A DNA stretch of 64,000 bases from an uncultured Clostridium sp. (GTDB taxonomy: Bacteria; Bacillota; Clostridia; Ch29), in contig CAZVBE010000002.1 in NCBI GenBank assembly GCA_964625335.1, positions 36,689 through 100,688 on the forward strand, given 5' to 3'. The notes below the pieces were generated by a model, which saw only the letters and a list, made by a program, of their open reading frames with translations, was not told the DNA's origin and did no database searches. Both the position numbers and the translations under genes were made by a program. Shown here piece after piece: positions 20,482 through 29,305 of the stretch; position 1 is the stretch's first letter, and the number at the start of each line of letters is the position of its first letter.

Positions 20482-21234
20482 ATGAGCCAAATGAATGAGA
20501 TGGTACAAAGGCAGCTCGGGCACCGTACAATTCGTGAGTTTAAAGATATAAGAATACCAGGGAAGGTTTTCGACACCCTGATGGAGGTCGCAAGGCGAAC
20601 TGCCACCTCAAACGGAATGCAGTCCTACTCAATTATCCGGGTCACCGATCCATTCATAAAGAAGGAAATTGCAGGGGTTTGTAATCAGGAGTATGTAGGT
20701 AGGGCACCGGAGCTTTTGATATTTGTAGTGGATCAATTCAAGAACAACAGGATTGCAAAGGAAAAGGGAGCCGAAACCGAAAACGCGGCAGATATGGACT
20801 GGTTTTTTCAGGGTTTTACCGATGCGTGCCTGGCGGTTCAAAACGTTGTTAATGCGGCAGAGGCCATGGACCTGGGCGTTGTGTTTTTTGGCAGCATTTT
20901 AAACGATTCGGAAAGGATTTGTAAGGTCCTAAAGCTGCCTAAACTGACATTCCCGGTATTAGGATTAGGGATAGGCTACCCCGATCAAGACCCGCAACTA
21001 AAACCCAGGTTTGAAAACAGGATCAGGGTTTTCGAAAACAGCTATAGGATATTCGAAAATTATTTGGAGGAAATTAAAGATTATGATCAGGAAATGACAA
21101 CCTACTACGACTTAAGAAATAAAAACAGAAAGGTAGACAGCTTTAGCGACCAGGTGGTGGCCAAACTAAGCACTTCCATACCCAACAGGCAGGGGATACT
21201 TAAGGTTATTAGGCAGCAGGGTTTTAAGGTATAA
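20482..21234 (+). CDS. oxygen-insensitive NAD(P)H nitroreductase (NfsA-like)
   Basis: 250 aa with the nitroreductase fold signature (RHTIREFKD.. early, GVFFGS near the middle). ATG 20482 follows GGGGAGGG. Confidence 0.75.
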   Translation: MSQMNEMVQRQLGHRTIREFKDIRIPGKVFDTLMEVARRTATSNGMQSYSIIRVTDPFIKKEIAGVCNQEYVGRAPELLIFVVDQFKNNRIAKEKGAETENAADMDWFFQGFTDACLAVQNVVNAAEAMDLGVVFFGSILNDSERICKVLKLPKLTFPVLGLGIGYPDQDPQLKPRFENRIRVFENSYRIFENYLEEIKDYDQEMTTYYDLRNKNRKVDSFSDQVVAKLSTSIPNRQGILKVIRQQGFKV

Positions 21235-21276
21235 CCAAGGGGACGGTTCTTGTATAACCAAGGGGACGGTTCTTGT
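21230..21276 (+). repeat. REP doublet (direct tandem 2x ATAACCAAGGGGACGGTTCTTGT), left flank of transposase
   Basis: Two 23/24-bp tandem copies. The first overlaps the nitroreductase stop codon. Confidence 0.85.
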
Positions 21277-21328
21277 GGTTGATATACTATCGCGGCTGTG
21301 ATACGATTAGCTGCAGGGGTGGTATTTT

Positions 21329-22087
21329 ATGCCAAGAGGAGCAAGAAAGAAAAGCGAAAGCGGGATATATCATATTTTGTTGCGAGGGCAAAACAGGCAG
21401 ATAATTTTCGAAGATGATGAGGATAAAGAAAGGTTTATACAAACATTAAAAGACTGTAAAAACAAAAGCGGATGGAAAATATACGGATATTGCCTAATGG
21501 GAAACCATATTCATTTGTTGCTGCACGAATTTGACGAAGAAACAGGAATAATAATGCGGCGGATTGGCGCGAGTTATGTATACTGGTATAACTGGAAGTA
21601 TAAACGCTGTGGACACTTGTTTCAGGACCGTTATAAAAGTGAAGCGGTTGAAACAGAAAAGTATTTTTTAACAGTCCTTCGATACATACATCAAAACCCG
21701 GTAAAGGCTGGTCACGCAAAGAAGGCCCTGGATTATAAATGGAGCAGCTATAATGAATATATGAATAATAACGGGATAACGGATACCGGCTTTGCACTGG
21801 GCATTTTCAATGAGGACAGGGAAAAGGCGATTCAGAATTTCATAGATTTTCATAATGAACAAAAAGAAGCTAATTGCCTTGAAATGGAAGAGCGCTTCAG
21901 GCTGACAGATGAAGAAGCAATGGCCATCATAAAGGAGGAGTATTGCGTATCCAGTAGTTTGCAGCTAAAGGATTTTGAAAAAAAGAAAAGAGACATATGT
22001 ATAAAAGAGCTAAAAGATAAAGGTCTGTCGACAAGGCAAATAGAGCGGCTGACGGGGATAAGCAGATACATTATTCTGAAAATGTAA
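21329..22087 (+). CDS. Y1/HUH transposase, REP-associated tyrosine transposase-like (IS200/IS605 TnpA superfamily) with C-terminal HTH
   Basis: HuH motif GNHIHLLLHE and a downstream catalytic-Tyr region (DRYKSEAVE). The C-terminal LSTRQIERLTGISRYIILKM looks like an HTH. The gene is flanked by inverted REPs. Confidence 0.75.
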   Translation: MPRGARKKSESGIYHILLRGQNRQIIFEDDEDKERFIQTLKDCKNKSGWKIYGYCLMGNHIHLLLHEFDEETGIIMRRIGASYVYWYNWKYKRCGHLFQDRYKSEAVETEKYFLTVLRYIHQNPVKAGHAKKALDYKWSSYNEYMNNNGITDTGFALGIFNEDREKAIQNFIDFHNEQKEANCLEMEERFRLTDEEAMAIIKEEYCVSSSLQLKDFEKKKRDICIKELKDKGLSTRQIERLTGISRYIILKM

Positions 22088-22139
22088 CCGTAAGAACCGT
22101 CCCCTTGGTTATCAACCGTAAGAACCGTCCCCTTGGTTA
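22088..22139 (+). repeat. REP doublet, right flank (inverted orientation)
   Basis: 2x CCGTAAGAACCGTCCCCTTGGTTA, the reverse complement of the left-flank unit, starting the base after the transposase stop. Confidence 0.85.
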
Positions 22140-22641
22140 CATTTGCGGATCATATAACAACACCATGGGGGGCGCATTATATTGACAGATTATGAAAATT
22201 AGTGTATAATATTTATGCATTAAAATCGGTTCTATATTAGGTGAAGTACACTCAAGCAGTAGCTTATACAATGCGAGCTGGTACACGTTATCTTAGTGGG
22301 TGTGAGTAAGCGTTAAATAATTTTGAAAGTGAAACTTGAGCTGGAAAAATCTTTAACAATGGAGAACTGGGATCTTTATTAGTTCAGGATTAAACGGGCT
22401 GATAATAGGCTATACTGAATAATGTATGGCTTAAGGTGAGTTGAGAGGCGAAACCTAGATACTCTAACTCTCTTTCTGAATAAAGGCAGAAAGGGTTAGA
22501 GTGCCTGGGTATTTTTATGACTATAAAAAGTTATAAATTGACTTATGTAGAAAATTATGGAGGGAGTGAGGGTTGTATTTTTCGGGCATTATCTATATGA
22601 GAGTATTGGAAATTTAAAATAAAGAGGAGTGTTTTAATTAA

Positions 22642-23496
22642 ATGTTAAAGAAAAAAGGATTGCTTATAACAATAGTATTGATGCTGATTTTGTCATTGGC
22701 TTTAGTGGGGTGTACTGAAGACCCTGCAGAAGAAAATGGTAATGATGTAAATGGTGATGATCCATCTGAAGCGGCAGAAGATGTTGATGATAGTTTGGAC
22801 AGGGTATTGGAAGCAGGAGTAATCACTGTTGTTGGCAGCGGCGACTATCCTCCATTTAACTTTTATGATGATAATGATGACGTAGTAGGATTCGATGTGG
22901 ACACAGGCGAAGAAATTGCAAAGCGTTTAGGGGTTGAACTCAATTATGAAACATCAGCCTGGGACGGACTGCCTGACGGGTTAAGAACGGGTCGCTATGA
23001 TGCTATTTTAGGTAGTATGGCTATAAATGAAGAAAGACTTAAAATTGTCAGCTTTACTACTCCGTACTATTATTCAGGAGCACAACTAATCGTACGAGCT
23101 GATTCCGGTATTACTGATACAGACCAGATGGAAGGCAAGGAAATAGGAGTGGTAACAGGAGAAACATTTATGGAAGATGCCGAAGGCCTGGGCGCAGAGG
23201 TTGTTCTGTACGAAGGCGTTAACCAGATTCTTTTGGAACTTCTAAATGGCAGGGTGGATGGTATGATTACTGACCGTTTGGTTGCCTTAAATGGAATGAG
23301 TCAAATAGCAGATGGTGATGAATTAGTATTTGCCGGGGACTTGCTGCGGCTGGAAGAAATGGCGTTGGCAGTCAGGCAGGAGGATAATGAGTTGAGAGAG
23401 AAGCTTGATGAAATACTTGAGGAAATGCATGCTGACGGCACTCTGGCAGAGATAAGCAAAAAATGGCATGACGGAGAGGATATTACAATTAAGTAA
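22642..23496 (+). CDS. polar amino-acid ABC transporter substrate-binding lipoprotein
   Basis: Lipobox LALVGC and an acidic linker. The periplasmic binding fold type II is present (GFDVD..AKRLG..YDAILGSMAI). Confidence 0.8.
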   Translation: MLKKKGLLITIVLMLILSLALVGCTEDPAEENGNDVNGDDPSEAAEDVDDSLDRVLEAGVITVVGSGDYPPFNFYDDNDDVVGFDVDTGEEIAKRLGVELNYETSAWDGLPDGLRTGRYDAILGSMAINEERLKIVSFTTPYYYSGAQLIVRADSGITDTDQMEGKEIGVVTGETFMEDAEGLGAEVVLYEGVNQILLELLNGRVDGMITDRLVALNGMSQIADGDELVFAGDLLRLEEMALAVRQEDNELREKLDEILEEMHADGTLAEISKKWHDGEDITIK

Positions 23497-23504
23497 CCTG
23501 ATAG

Positions 23505-23538
23505 GGCACGGTTCCCTCAGGAACCGTGCCTTTTTTAT
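23505..23538 (+). terminator. intrinsic terminator after the SBP gene
   Basis: GCACGGTTCC-ctcag-GGAACCGTGC then TTTTTT. Confidence 0.7.
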
Positions 23539-23558
23539 TTAGAAGAGGAGATGGGCGA

Positions 23559-24230
23559 ATGTCTGAATTACCGTGGGATTTTACAGTTATACCTTTCTAT
23601 TTTCCCAGGTTTTATCAAGCCGCATGGTTGACTTTGCAGATTACTGTTCTTGGGATTGGTTTAGGTCTGGTACTGGGATTAATTACTTCACTAATGAGAA
23701 TATCAAAAAGTAAGATTATTCAGGGGCCTGCTCTGTTTTATATTTGGATAATCCGGGGCACCCCGCTATTATTGCAGCTTTTTATTATCTATTTTGGTCT
23801 TGCGGAATTTATTGATATCCCTAGATTAACTTCGGCTGTTATAGGGCTGGGTATTCATAACGGAGCCTATATGGCGGAGATTTTTCGCGGAACTATTCAG
23901 TCTATTGACCGCGGACAAAGAGAAGCTGCTTATAGCTTGGGAATGACAAAGACGCAGGCCATGAGAAGGATAATTTTACCTCAGGCTTTTAAAAGGTCGG
24001 TGCCTCCATTGGGGAACCAATTTATTATAGCGTTAAAGGATTCATCTTTGGCCAGTGCAATTGCAGTACGTGAGCTGTTATTAACAGCAAGACAGATTGG
24101 CTCATCTAACTTGATGATGCTGGAGATGTTCGTGGTGGTTGGAATTTATTATTTGCTAATGACTTCCGTTTTAACTGTTTTGGTAGGCAAGGTGGAGAAA
24201 CGTCTAAAAGTCAGTGACTATAGGAGCTAG
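23559..24230 (+). CDS. polar amino-acid ABC transporter permease
   Basis: HisM/GlnP-type permease with the EAA loop (..EAAYSLGMTKTQAMRRIILPQA). ATG 23559 follows GAGGAG. Confidence 0.8.
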   Translation: MSELPWDFTVIPFYFPRFYQAAWLTLQITVLGIGLGLVLGLITSLMRISKSKIIQGPALFYIWIIRGTPLLLQLFIIYFGLAEFIDIPRLTSAVIGLGIHNGAYMAEIFRGTIQSIDRGQREAAYSLGMTKTQAMRRIILPQAFKRSVPPLGNQFIIALKDSSLASAIAVRELLLTARQIGSSNLMMLEMFVVVGIYYLLMTSVLTVLVGKVEKRLKVSDYRS

Positions 24231-24245
24231 GGAGGTAAGCCGTTA

Positions 24246-24968
24246 ATGATAGAAGTAAAAAAACTGAACAAATGGTATGGAAAGCTTCATGTTCTTAAGG
24301 ATGTAGATATGTCTGTAAAGGAAAAGGAAGTTGTAGTTATAATTGGAGCCAGTGGCTCAGGTAAAAGTACTTTGCTAAGGTGTATTAACTTTTTGGAAAA
24401 AGCGCAGAAAGGGCAAATATTTATTGAGGGAAAAGAGGTTAAGCCTAAGGGAAAGGATTTGCATCTTATAAGGCAGGAAGTGGGTATGGTCTTTCAGCAT
24501 TTTAATCTTTTCCCTCATATGACGGTTTTGCAAAATGTTATTGAGGGGCCAACTCAGGTAAAAAAAATGCCTAAGGATGATGCAGAAGAGTTAGGCTACG
24601 AGCTTTTAGAAAAAGTAGGCCTGGAGGATAAGGCTTACTCCTATCCGAGCATGATATCCGGTGGTCAAAAGCAAAGGGTTGCCATAGCAAGGGCACTGGC
24701 CATGCAACCAAAGGTATTGCTTTTTGACGAGCCTACATCTGCACTCGATCCTGAACTGGTTGGAGAGGTATTAGTGGTAATGGAGGGTTTGGCAAAAGAA
24801 GGGATGACAATGGTTGTTGTAACTCATGAGATGTGGTTTGCTGAAGAAGCAGCCGACAGGGTGATTTATATGGATGAAGGCAGGATAATTGAAGAAGGAA
24901 CGCCTGAAAAAATATTTAGCCAACCAGAAAATGAACGAACGAGGGCTTTTTTGAAGCAAATACTATAA
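24246..24968 (+). CDS. polar amino-acid ABC transporter ATP-binding protein
   Basis: Walker [10 protein letters not shown], signature [14 protein letters not shown], Walker [12 protein letters not shown]. Confidence 0.9.
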   Translation: MIEVKKLNKWYGKLHVLKDVDMSVKEKEVVVIIGASGSGKSTLLRCINFLEKAQKGQIFIEGKEVKPKGKDLHLIRQEVGMVFQHFNLFPHMTVLQNVIEGPTQVKKMPKDDAEELGYELLEKVGLEDKAYSYPSMISGGQKQRVAIARALAMQPKVLLFDEPTSALDPELVGEVLVVMEGLAKEGMTMVVVTHEMWFAEEAADRVIYMDEGRIIEEGTPEKIFSQPENERTRAFLKQIL

Positions 24969-24991
24969 AAAGCAGAACATCCATGACCTTA

Positions 24992-25021
24992 TTGACGTAA
25001 TACCCAGGTATGAGTTATCAT
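24992..25021 (+). promoter_or_regulatory. putative promoter of the riboswitch-GGDEF transcript
   Basis: TTGACG (24992-24997), 18-nt spacer, TATCAT (25016-25021). Confidence 0.45.
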
Positions 25022-25032
25022 AGTGGTTAGTT

Positions 25033-25116
25033 GCATGAAAAAGGCAAACCTGACGAAAGTCAGGGACGCAAAGCTGCGAGTCTACGGTAATCTTACTACG
25101 ACAGTCGGGCTGCCAT
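25033..25116 (+). promoter_or_regulatory. c-di-GMP-I (GEMM) riboswitch aptamer
   Basis: GGCAAACC-TGAC-GAAA-GTCA-GGGACGCAAAGC..CGGGCTGCC matches the GEMM-I core. That core is GGCAAACC, a P2 stem with GAAA tetraloop, GGGACGCAAAGC, and a 3' G-rich closing strand. Compare the V. cholerae Vc2 segment GGGCAAACCAUUCGAAAGAGUGGGACGCAAAGCC. Confidence 0.75.
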
Positions 25117-25142
25117 AAGACATAATACATTAGTTTATGGCT

Positions 25143-25171
25143 GTCGTAGTTTAAGTGGCTACGACTTTTTT
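25143..25171 (+). terminator. riboswitch expression-platform intrinsic terminator
   Basis: GTCGTAG-tttaagtgg-CTACGAC then TTTTTT, ending one base before the ORF ATG. Upstream CTACGACAGTCGGGCTGCCATAAG can pair alternatively with CTTATGGCTGTCGTAG as an antiterminator. Confidence 0.7.
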
Positions 25172-25207
25172 ATGTTATTTCCGGACTATATGGAAGGGGA
25201 AAAAATC

Positions 25208-26323
25208 TTGCTACAGTTGGCTAGAACTCTTGTTTTTATGGAAATGCTGTTTATAAATTTGATAACCACGCACCGCTGTTCGCGGACAAGATATTCACAA
25301 AAGAGTATTACAGCAGGATTAATTTTTTATACGGCTTTGGTGATGTTGACTTCTTTTTTAATCAAGCGTAATCTTAGACTGGAGTTTCTTAACGGCAGTA
25401 TAATCATCTTACTGGGATTTACTTATTTTTTTCCATTAAAGTACTTGTATGATGAATCTTCAGGTAAAATTTTGGCTATCATGTTTTTTTCCTGGATTCA
25501 CACAATGGCTGTGACCTCTATATCTATACAGATTTCTATGCTGTTTGAATTGGACAATTATTTTTATCTGGCTCTTATATTACAAACCATAATCTATTTA
25601 GTCAGCACCCGGGCTGTAATACGTTTTGTAAAGAATAAGTTTATACCTATTTTGAAGAACATTCCGAAGGAAATGAACAAACACCTTATCGTACTAAGCC
25701 TGATGGAATTCACGTCTGTGACGATAGTCTATCTATTCTTTAACGAAAACGCAAATCCTTACTGGACAATAATAATAGTGGCACTGATAGCGTCAATAGC
25801 AGCGATAAACTACCATTTAATCTATGTAGTAGTTAAAAACTATAAAAGTATAAGCTTTTTAAAACTGCTTGCTTATTCGGATACTCTAACCGGTATCAAA
25901 AACAGACTGGCACTTTTTCTTGATTGCGATAAACTGATTTCCCAAAATAAGCCCTTCACTTATATATATATGGACCTGGATGATTTCAAAAAAGTAAATG
26001 ATACATACGGTCACTCTGTCGGGGATGATTATCTGAAGCAGTTTACCAAAGCAGCAATAGAAACGATAGGGGATAAAGGAAGCATCTACAGAATGTCAGG
26101 CGATGAATTTGTCTGTATATATAACGAAGACAAAATAGATTTATTACTGGCAACATTTGATGAAAAAGTTATGAACCTGTTTGAAATGAGCGTACCGTTC
26201 TTAGGAGTTAGTATTGGCTATGCAAAGTTTCCTGAAGATGCCGATTCGTTGGATAAACTTGTGAATAAAGCAGATAAAATCATGTATAAAGTCAAAAAAA
26301 CCAATAAACTCAAACCGATTTAG
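25208..26323 (+). CDS. membrane-anchored GGDEF-domain protein with SGDEF variant motif
   Basis: About 6 N-terminal TM helices, then a GGDEF domain whose signature reads RMSGDEFV (SGDEF). The start is uncertain: ATG 25172 has no RBS, TTG 25208 follows GGAAGGGG. Confidence 0.7.
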   Translation: MLQLARTLVFMEMLFINLITTHRCSRTRYSQKSITAGLIFYTALVMLTSFLIKRNLRLEFLNGSIIILLGFTYFFPLKYLYDESSGKILAIMFFSWIHTMAVTSISIQISMLFELDNYFYLALILQTIIYLVSTRAVIRFVKNKFIPILKNIPKEMNKHLIVLSLMEFTSVTIVYLFFNENANPYWTIIIVALIASIAAINYHLIYVVVKNYKSISFLKLLAYSDTLTGIKNRLALFLDCDKLISQNKPFTYIYMDLDDFKKVNDTYGHSVGDDYLKQFTKAAIETIGDKGSIYRMSGDEFVCIYNEDKIDLLLATFDEKVMNLFEMSVPFLGVSIGYAKFPEDADSLDKLVNKADKIMYKVKKTNKLKPI

Positions 26324-26436
26324 GCTATAATGAATATCTGCCACAAGGGAGATTACTGCCTTAATTTATCGGAGGCAGCAATGATATAATAATACTTAAA
26401 GATGGCTAATTCTTGTTTATGAAGGAGTGCCTGGCT

Positions 26437-28917
26437 TTGTTAACACAGCAGCATATTCTAAAACGTGAGCATATAATTACAGAGCTTGACAATGTTTTTG
26501 ACTATCCGATGACGGTGGCAGTAGCGGCTATGGGCTATGGGAAAACCACAGCGGCAAAAGCCTTCTTAAACGAGACCGGTGCAAAATATGCGTGGGTATC
26601 TGTCGAAGGTGACGAATCTTCACCCCAGTATATATGGAATTCCCTGGCGGGACAACTGGCAAAAACCATACCGGAGCTTGGTAATCAGTTTCGTGCTTTG
26701 GGCTTTCCCGCCGATGCACCGCAGAGGGATAAGATTTTAAAGATGATAGAAGATTATACTTATTTGACCAATACAGTACTGGTAATTGACGACTATCATT
26801 TTTCTCATTCTCCTGAGTTTGACAGGTTGCTTGAAAGAATTGTCCGATCAGGTATAGATGGTTTCCATATTCTATTGCTTTCAAGGACAATTCCCGAAAT
26901 GAATATTGATGAATTAATGCTTAAAGGTTATTGTTATATTATAAAGAATGGCTTGTTTGAGCTTAACAGGGATGAAATTAAGGAGTATTTTAAGCTATAC
27001 GGCTGCAATCTTTCTGAAGATACGGCAAGACGGATTCATGAGATATCGGAGGGATGGATATCGGCTGTATATCTGATTATGCAAAGATATATCGAAATAG
27101 GCAGGCTGGAGCCGGGGAGAAGCATTGAAAAACTGATTGAAACGGCCGTTATATCACGGTATACAGCCAGGGAAGTAATGTTATTAAAATCACTGTGCAT
27201 ACTTGACAGTTTCACTCCACAGCAAGCGGTGTATGTGACAGGCGATATGGAAGCAAAAAAAATTATTCAAAAACTGAGCAGTGGGAATTCCTTTATTCGT
27301 TATGATGCACAAGGTGATACATACAGGATTCATAATATTTTCAGCAATTATTTAAGGCAACTGATTGAGGAACAGCCATCTGATGTGCAGCTTGATAAAC
27401 TATATAAGCGTTCCGGTCAGTGGTGCATTCTTAATAATGATATTATTTCAGGGCTTAAGTATCTGTTGAAAGCAAAGGAATATGACCTTATACTGACCCA
27501 ATTTGAGAAGAGCAGTATAAACTTAGTTATAGACAACAATCCCGGATTTATATTGGAATTGTTTGAGAATATTCCTGTTGAGATAAAATACCGTCATCCC
27601 ATTGCCTATCTTGCCTATACAGGTTTCTACGTTACCAATGTTGACAAGGAAGCCGGTGCGCGCCTTTTGTCAAGAATCGAGCGGTATTACCAGAATGATG
27701 ATGGTATATCCCCTGAGATGAAAAAACGCATTTCAGGAGAGATAGAGCTAATAAAGGCCTACATTGGTTTTAATGATGCTGCCCTGATGCGGGAAAAGCT
27801 TGCCAAGGCCCACCGGATGCTGGAGGGACGTTCCTTTATCGCCAATAAGGATAAGATTATTACCTTTGGCTCTCCCCATTCATTATACCTTTATTACCGT
27901 GAAAAGGGTAAATTGATGTGGACCAGGGATTGCGTCGAGGAGATGTTTCCTTTTTACATGGAGATGGCAGATGGTTGTGGCAAAGGGTTTGATTGTCTGC
28001 TAAATGCTGAATACTACCTGGAAACCGGAAATGTCGCCAAGGCTGAACTTTACGCCTACAAAGCCATGTACAAAGCTAAAAGCATGGAACAGGTATCTGT
28101 CATTATATGTGCACAGTTGACACTTGCAAGGGTTTGTACTGCAAGGGGCAAGTTTAATGAAGCACTTGAAATCATGGATGATTTAAGCGAAGAGGTGGAT
28201 GCGTGCAACAGCCCTATTCTTAGCAGTGCATTTGATTTATGTACCGGTTATATGGGCGGGATAACCGGAAATGATACTTATTTTGCCAAATGGCTCAGGT
28301 CCGGGGATGTGGAGCAGAGTGAGGTTTTATATCAAGGTATGGGTTTTAATCATATTATCCATGGGAAATACCTTCTGCTAGAAAAAGAATATGTAAAACT
28401 AGAGGTTCTCTGTGAAGAAATGAGGCAGATTTTTTCTTCGTTCAACAACTTGTTAGGACATCTTCATATCCAAATATTGGATGCAGCTGCCAAATATAAG
28501 CTTTATGGCATGGAGAGTGCAAAATCCGCGATATTTCCTGCCCTTGGCATAGGCAAGACAGATGACATTGTACTTCCCTTTGCGGAATATGGAAAGTATA
28601 TTCTGGAAGTATTGAAAGAGCTGCAAAAGGATGACGGCAAAGACGAATATCTCAACAGGCTTGTGGCCTGTGCATCTCAGTATTGTGACAACCTGAAAAA
28701 TATGGAAGATATGCAATCGACAGCGTCTATGCTGACAAATCGTGAAAAGGAAATACTTGAACTAGTCGTAGAGGGCAAAACCAATAGGGAAATAGCATCA
28801 GGGCTTTTCATAGCCGAGGTTACTGTCAGAAAAAATATTACCTCTATCTACAGGAAACTGGATGTAACCGGGCGGGCATCTGCCGTTAAAAAAGCCATTG
28901 AACAGAAAATTATCTGA
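26437..28917 (+). CDS. MalT/LuxR-type STAND ATPase transcriptional regulator
   Basis: N-terminal P-loop AAMGYGKTT, a long helical/TPR-like middle, and a C-terminal LuxR HTH (EIASGLFIAEVTVRKNITSIYRKL). The start is uncertain (ATG 26419 or TTG 26437 after GAAGGAG). Confidence 0.75.
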   Translation: MLTQQHILKREHIITELDNVFDYPMTVAVAAMGYGKTTAAKAFLNETGAKYAWVSVEGDESSPQYIWNSLAGQLAKTIPELGNQFRALGFPADAPQRDKILKMIEDYTYLTNTVLVIDDYHFSHSPEFDRLLERIVRSGIDGFHILLLSRTIPEMNIDELMLKGYCYIIKNGLFELNRDEIKEYFKLYGCNLSEDTARRIHEISEGWISAVYLIMQRYIEIGRLEPGRSIEKLIETAVISRYTAREVMLLKSLCILDSFTPQQAVYVTGDMEAKKIIQKLSSGNSFIRYDAQGDTYRIHNIFSNYLRQLIEEQPSDVQLDKLYKRSGQWCILNNDIISGLKYLLKAKEYDLILTQFEKSSINLVIDNNPGFILELFENIPVEIKYRHPIAYLAYTGFYVTNVDKEAGARLLSRIERYYQNDDGISPEMKKRISGEIELIKAYIGFNDAALMREKLAKAHRMLEGRSFIANKDKIITFGSPHSLYLYYREKGKLMWTRDCVEEMFPFYMEMADGCGKGFDCLLNAEYYLETGNVAKAELYAYKAMYKAKSMEQVSVIICAQLTLARVCTARGKFNEALEIMDDLSEEVDACNSPILSSAFDLCTGYMGGITGNDTYFAKWLRSGDVEQSEVLYQGMGFNHIIHGKYLLLEKEYVKLEVLCEEMRQIFSSFNNLLGHLHIQILDAAAKYKLYGMESAKSAIFPALGIGKTDDIVLPFAEYGKYILEVLKELQKDDGKDEYLNRLVACASQYCDNLKNMEDMQSTASMLTNREKEILELVVEGKTNREIASGLFIAEVTVRKNITSIYRKLDVTGRASAVKKAIEQKII

Positions 28918-29017
28918 AATTCAACAAAAAAGTATCGCATGAGATAATATATTGTTTTTATAAACTCTGCTATGATTTTTATAGTGGGTTTTTTATTTGC
29001 ATTAAGGGGGAACAGAT

Positions 29018-29251
29018 GTGTCCAGGATTATAAGTATCATTCCTAATGACGACCATACACTGACTATAGAACTCGATAATTCCCATAAAATTGTCTACGA
29101 TATGAAGTCCAGGCTGGAGTCGGCCAGGTTCTGTGAACTTGCTGATATTAAAAAGTTCAAATCTGTAAAGATTGAAAACGGGAATACCCTTGTATGGAAT
29201 TACCTATGCCAGATTACAATTGATGAAATTATCAACATTGTTGAGAGATAG
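29018..29251 (+). CDS. DUF2442-like small protein
   Basis: 77 aa (..LTIELDNSHKIVYDMKS..). GTG start after AAGGGGGAA. Confidence 0.4.
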   Translation: MSRIISIIPNDDHTLTIELDNSHKIVYDMKSRLESARFCELADIKKFKSVKIENGNTLVWNYLCQITIDEIINIVER

Positions 29252-29305
29252 TGTTTTAATGCCAGGTCTGTTTTTAGGTGCGATCAATCTTTTGAAGGGT
29301 GATGA

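Larger units (their letters stand above)
21230..22139 (+). mobile_element. RAYT-like transposase gene bracketed by inverted REP doublets
   Basis: Inverted tandem REP pairs immediately abut both ends of a Y1 transposase ORF. Confidence 0.7.

Noticed and set aside
21230-21276. Tandem 24-bp direct repeats considered as a possible mini-CRISPR
   Set aside because: Only two contiguous copies with no spacers. The inverted copies on the other side of a transposase gene identify them as REP/BIME-type repeats instead.
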